DNA of 64,000 bases from Octopus bimaculoides (lineage: Eukaryota). The DNA lies in assembly GCF_001194135.2 (NCBI RefSeq), contig NC_068990.1, positions 24,957,959-25,021,958 on the forward strand, given 5' to 3'. Of this stretch, positions 62,308 to 64,000 are shown piece by piece. The notes under the pieces are model-generated. The model did not search any database. It saw nothing but the letters and a program-made list of their open reading frames with translations, and had not been told where the DNA came from. Positions within the stretch are counted from its first letter, which is position 1, and each line of letters starts with the position of its first letter. The translations under genes were made by a program, and so were the position numbers.

Positions 62308-63616
62308 ACATTTGTACTTTTTTATTCTGCTTTGATTATGTGGCTGAGAAATTATGATGGAAGGTTTCAAATTCCACTCCTCTCACAGATCATATTGAAT
62401 AAATGTCTTCTATACCCTCGTACCTATCCAGGTCCTGTGAAAATTTTTGCTGAGAGAAAACTGTATGAGTGTGTAGGTTTAGTCGAACGAATCGGTCCTA
62501 GTTCTTTTTTTTTTTAAGTCTGGTACTTATAGCATCGAGCCTTATTTACCGAACTGCTAAGTTACAGTGACATAAACAAACCAACCCCGGTTGCTAAGCG
62601 GTGGTAGGGAGCACAAACATAAACACGAAGATTCATGTAATATCATCATCATTTTAATATCTGCTTTTCGATGCTTATATGTCAGATGGAATTCGTTGAG
62701 ACAGACTATGGCTGGGTGACCTGCCTGTTGCCAACCTTCATCGGATCTTTATGGTTTGACGGGCAACATTTTTTTATGTAGTGCCCGTCAAACCATAAAG
62801 ATCCAAATAATGAGTGATACATTTGTCAAGGTGTTGATTAAGGTTATGTTGATGATATTAAAAAATTCTTTTTTGACGTTTCAGCTCTTTCTTCCTCTCT
62901 CTTCAAGACCATTCTTCCCTTACTCATAAATATCTTTAAATATGTATTTTGAAATTCATTTTCCAGAAATAATATTTTGAGAATGTAGGTTACATTATGT
63001 CGATGTTTCAAACATAGATATCTGGAGAAAAAAAAATGGGAAAAATCCTAAAGCTAGCAAATTCTCGAAGAGCAGAATGGTCAGAAACTTCTTGTGTAGA
63101 GAAAAATTTAGAAATTCTTTCTGCACTTTCTCCGCATAATTGTAGTCTACACCCTCGAAAACATATATATGCAAAATTTCATCAAAAACTACGTAATTTT
63201 CAGAAAGTTATGAGGAAACAAAGTTGCGGGGCACTGAACTGTAGATATGCCCTTGGTTTCTATAACGCTAGCCTCGTATTGCAACTTCCATAGGATTTGA
63301 ACTGAAGAATGTCGAACGATTAACTTTAGTTAACTTGAGTGCACAAAAAATCATTTATATATTGCGGATATCTTGTTTGGGTGTGGCTGGCTTGAATAAA
63401 TCTTTAAAACATCGGAACGTTATCTTCGTATGTTATCGAAAACGATGACGAATAATGTTTAGTAACATATTTATGTTCTGAAAGAAGAGAAGATGTGTGA
63501 ATTTATAGTATTTTATTGCATTGCTATTTTATATTATTGAAGATTTCTAAATTTATATCAAATGGGAAAATTGTAATAGAATGACTTCCTAAAATGAAAG
63601 CTTGATCAACAGCCAA

Positions 63617-63688
63617 TCCTCGGTAGTATAGTGGTAAGTATCCCCGCCTGTCACGCGGGAGACCGGGGTTCGATTCCCCGCCGGGGAG
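63617..63688 (+). tRNA. tRNA-Asp: tRNA-Asp(GTC) copy 6
   Basis: Identical 72-nt sequence; T-run terminator downstream. Confidence 0.98.
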
Positions 63689-64000
63689 GCTCAAATTTTT
63701 TTCCTCCCGTAACACTTTATACTAGATGTTATAACGTATTAAAAGAGCTTGTGAATTGAACCCCATGAAGTGTATTTTCTCTATATAGTCTCATTTTACA
63801 GTCAATACTCCCGAGAAATGCATGAAAATCACACAAGCTATGTTGTCAGCCCTTGTTGAGCAGACCTTTAAGGATCAAAGGCGTTGAGACCCTAATCATT
63901 TTACATATATATTTTTTAAATCCAAGCGAGGTGCAACCAGTGTTACATAAACCAGTCTGTCCTTCCTATTTTAAGGCGAGAGCGTCTGATACAAAGATTT

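Overview
AT-rich, microsatellite- and SINE/LINE-dense eukaryotic DNA with eight N-gaps. The repeat landscape suggests an octopus or other coleoid cephalopod (inference). Exons were reconstructed by hand because the ORF track misses most of them. (1) A complete 9-exon YIPF1/2-family gene on the minus strand (CDS 53238 to 26148, 313 aa, all introns GT-AG and phase-consistent) whose last exon encodes a 12-Thr microsatellite tract. (2) An unrecognised 3-exon minus-strand gene (14351 to 5929) for a 156-aa secreted protein with a signal peptide, amphipathic N-terminus and four mature-chain Cys. A second, paralogous terminal exon at 188-366 has the same Cys spacing and splice phase, pointing to either a tandem gene family or alternative last exons. 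(3) An array of six tRNA-Asp(GTC) genes in alternating orientation at 58.6-63.7 kb, with pseudogene fragments, duplicated flanks and probably a seventh copy hidden in a gap. (4) A GC-richer, multi-hairpin island at about 56.85-57.7 kb just before the tRNA array that I cannot assign to a known RNA family. The rest is decayed mobile DNA: RTE LINE tails, Penelope-like, R4/Dong-like and HERO-like retroelements, CR1/L2 scraps, DD34D mariner and DD37D maT fragments, hAT and piggyBac-type MITEs, and several tRNA-derived SINE families. Mobile-element boundaries are approximate.
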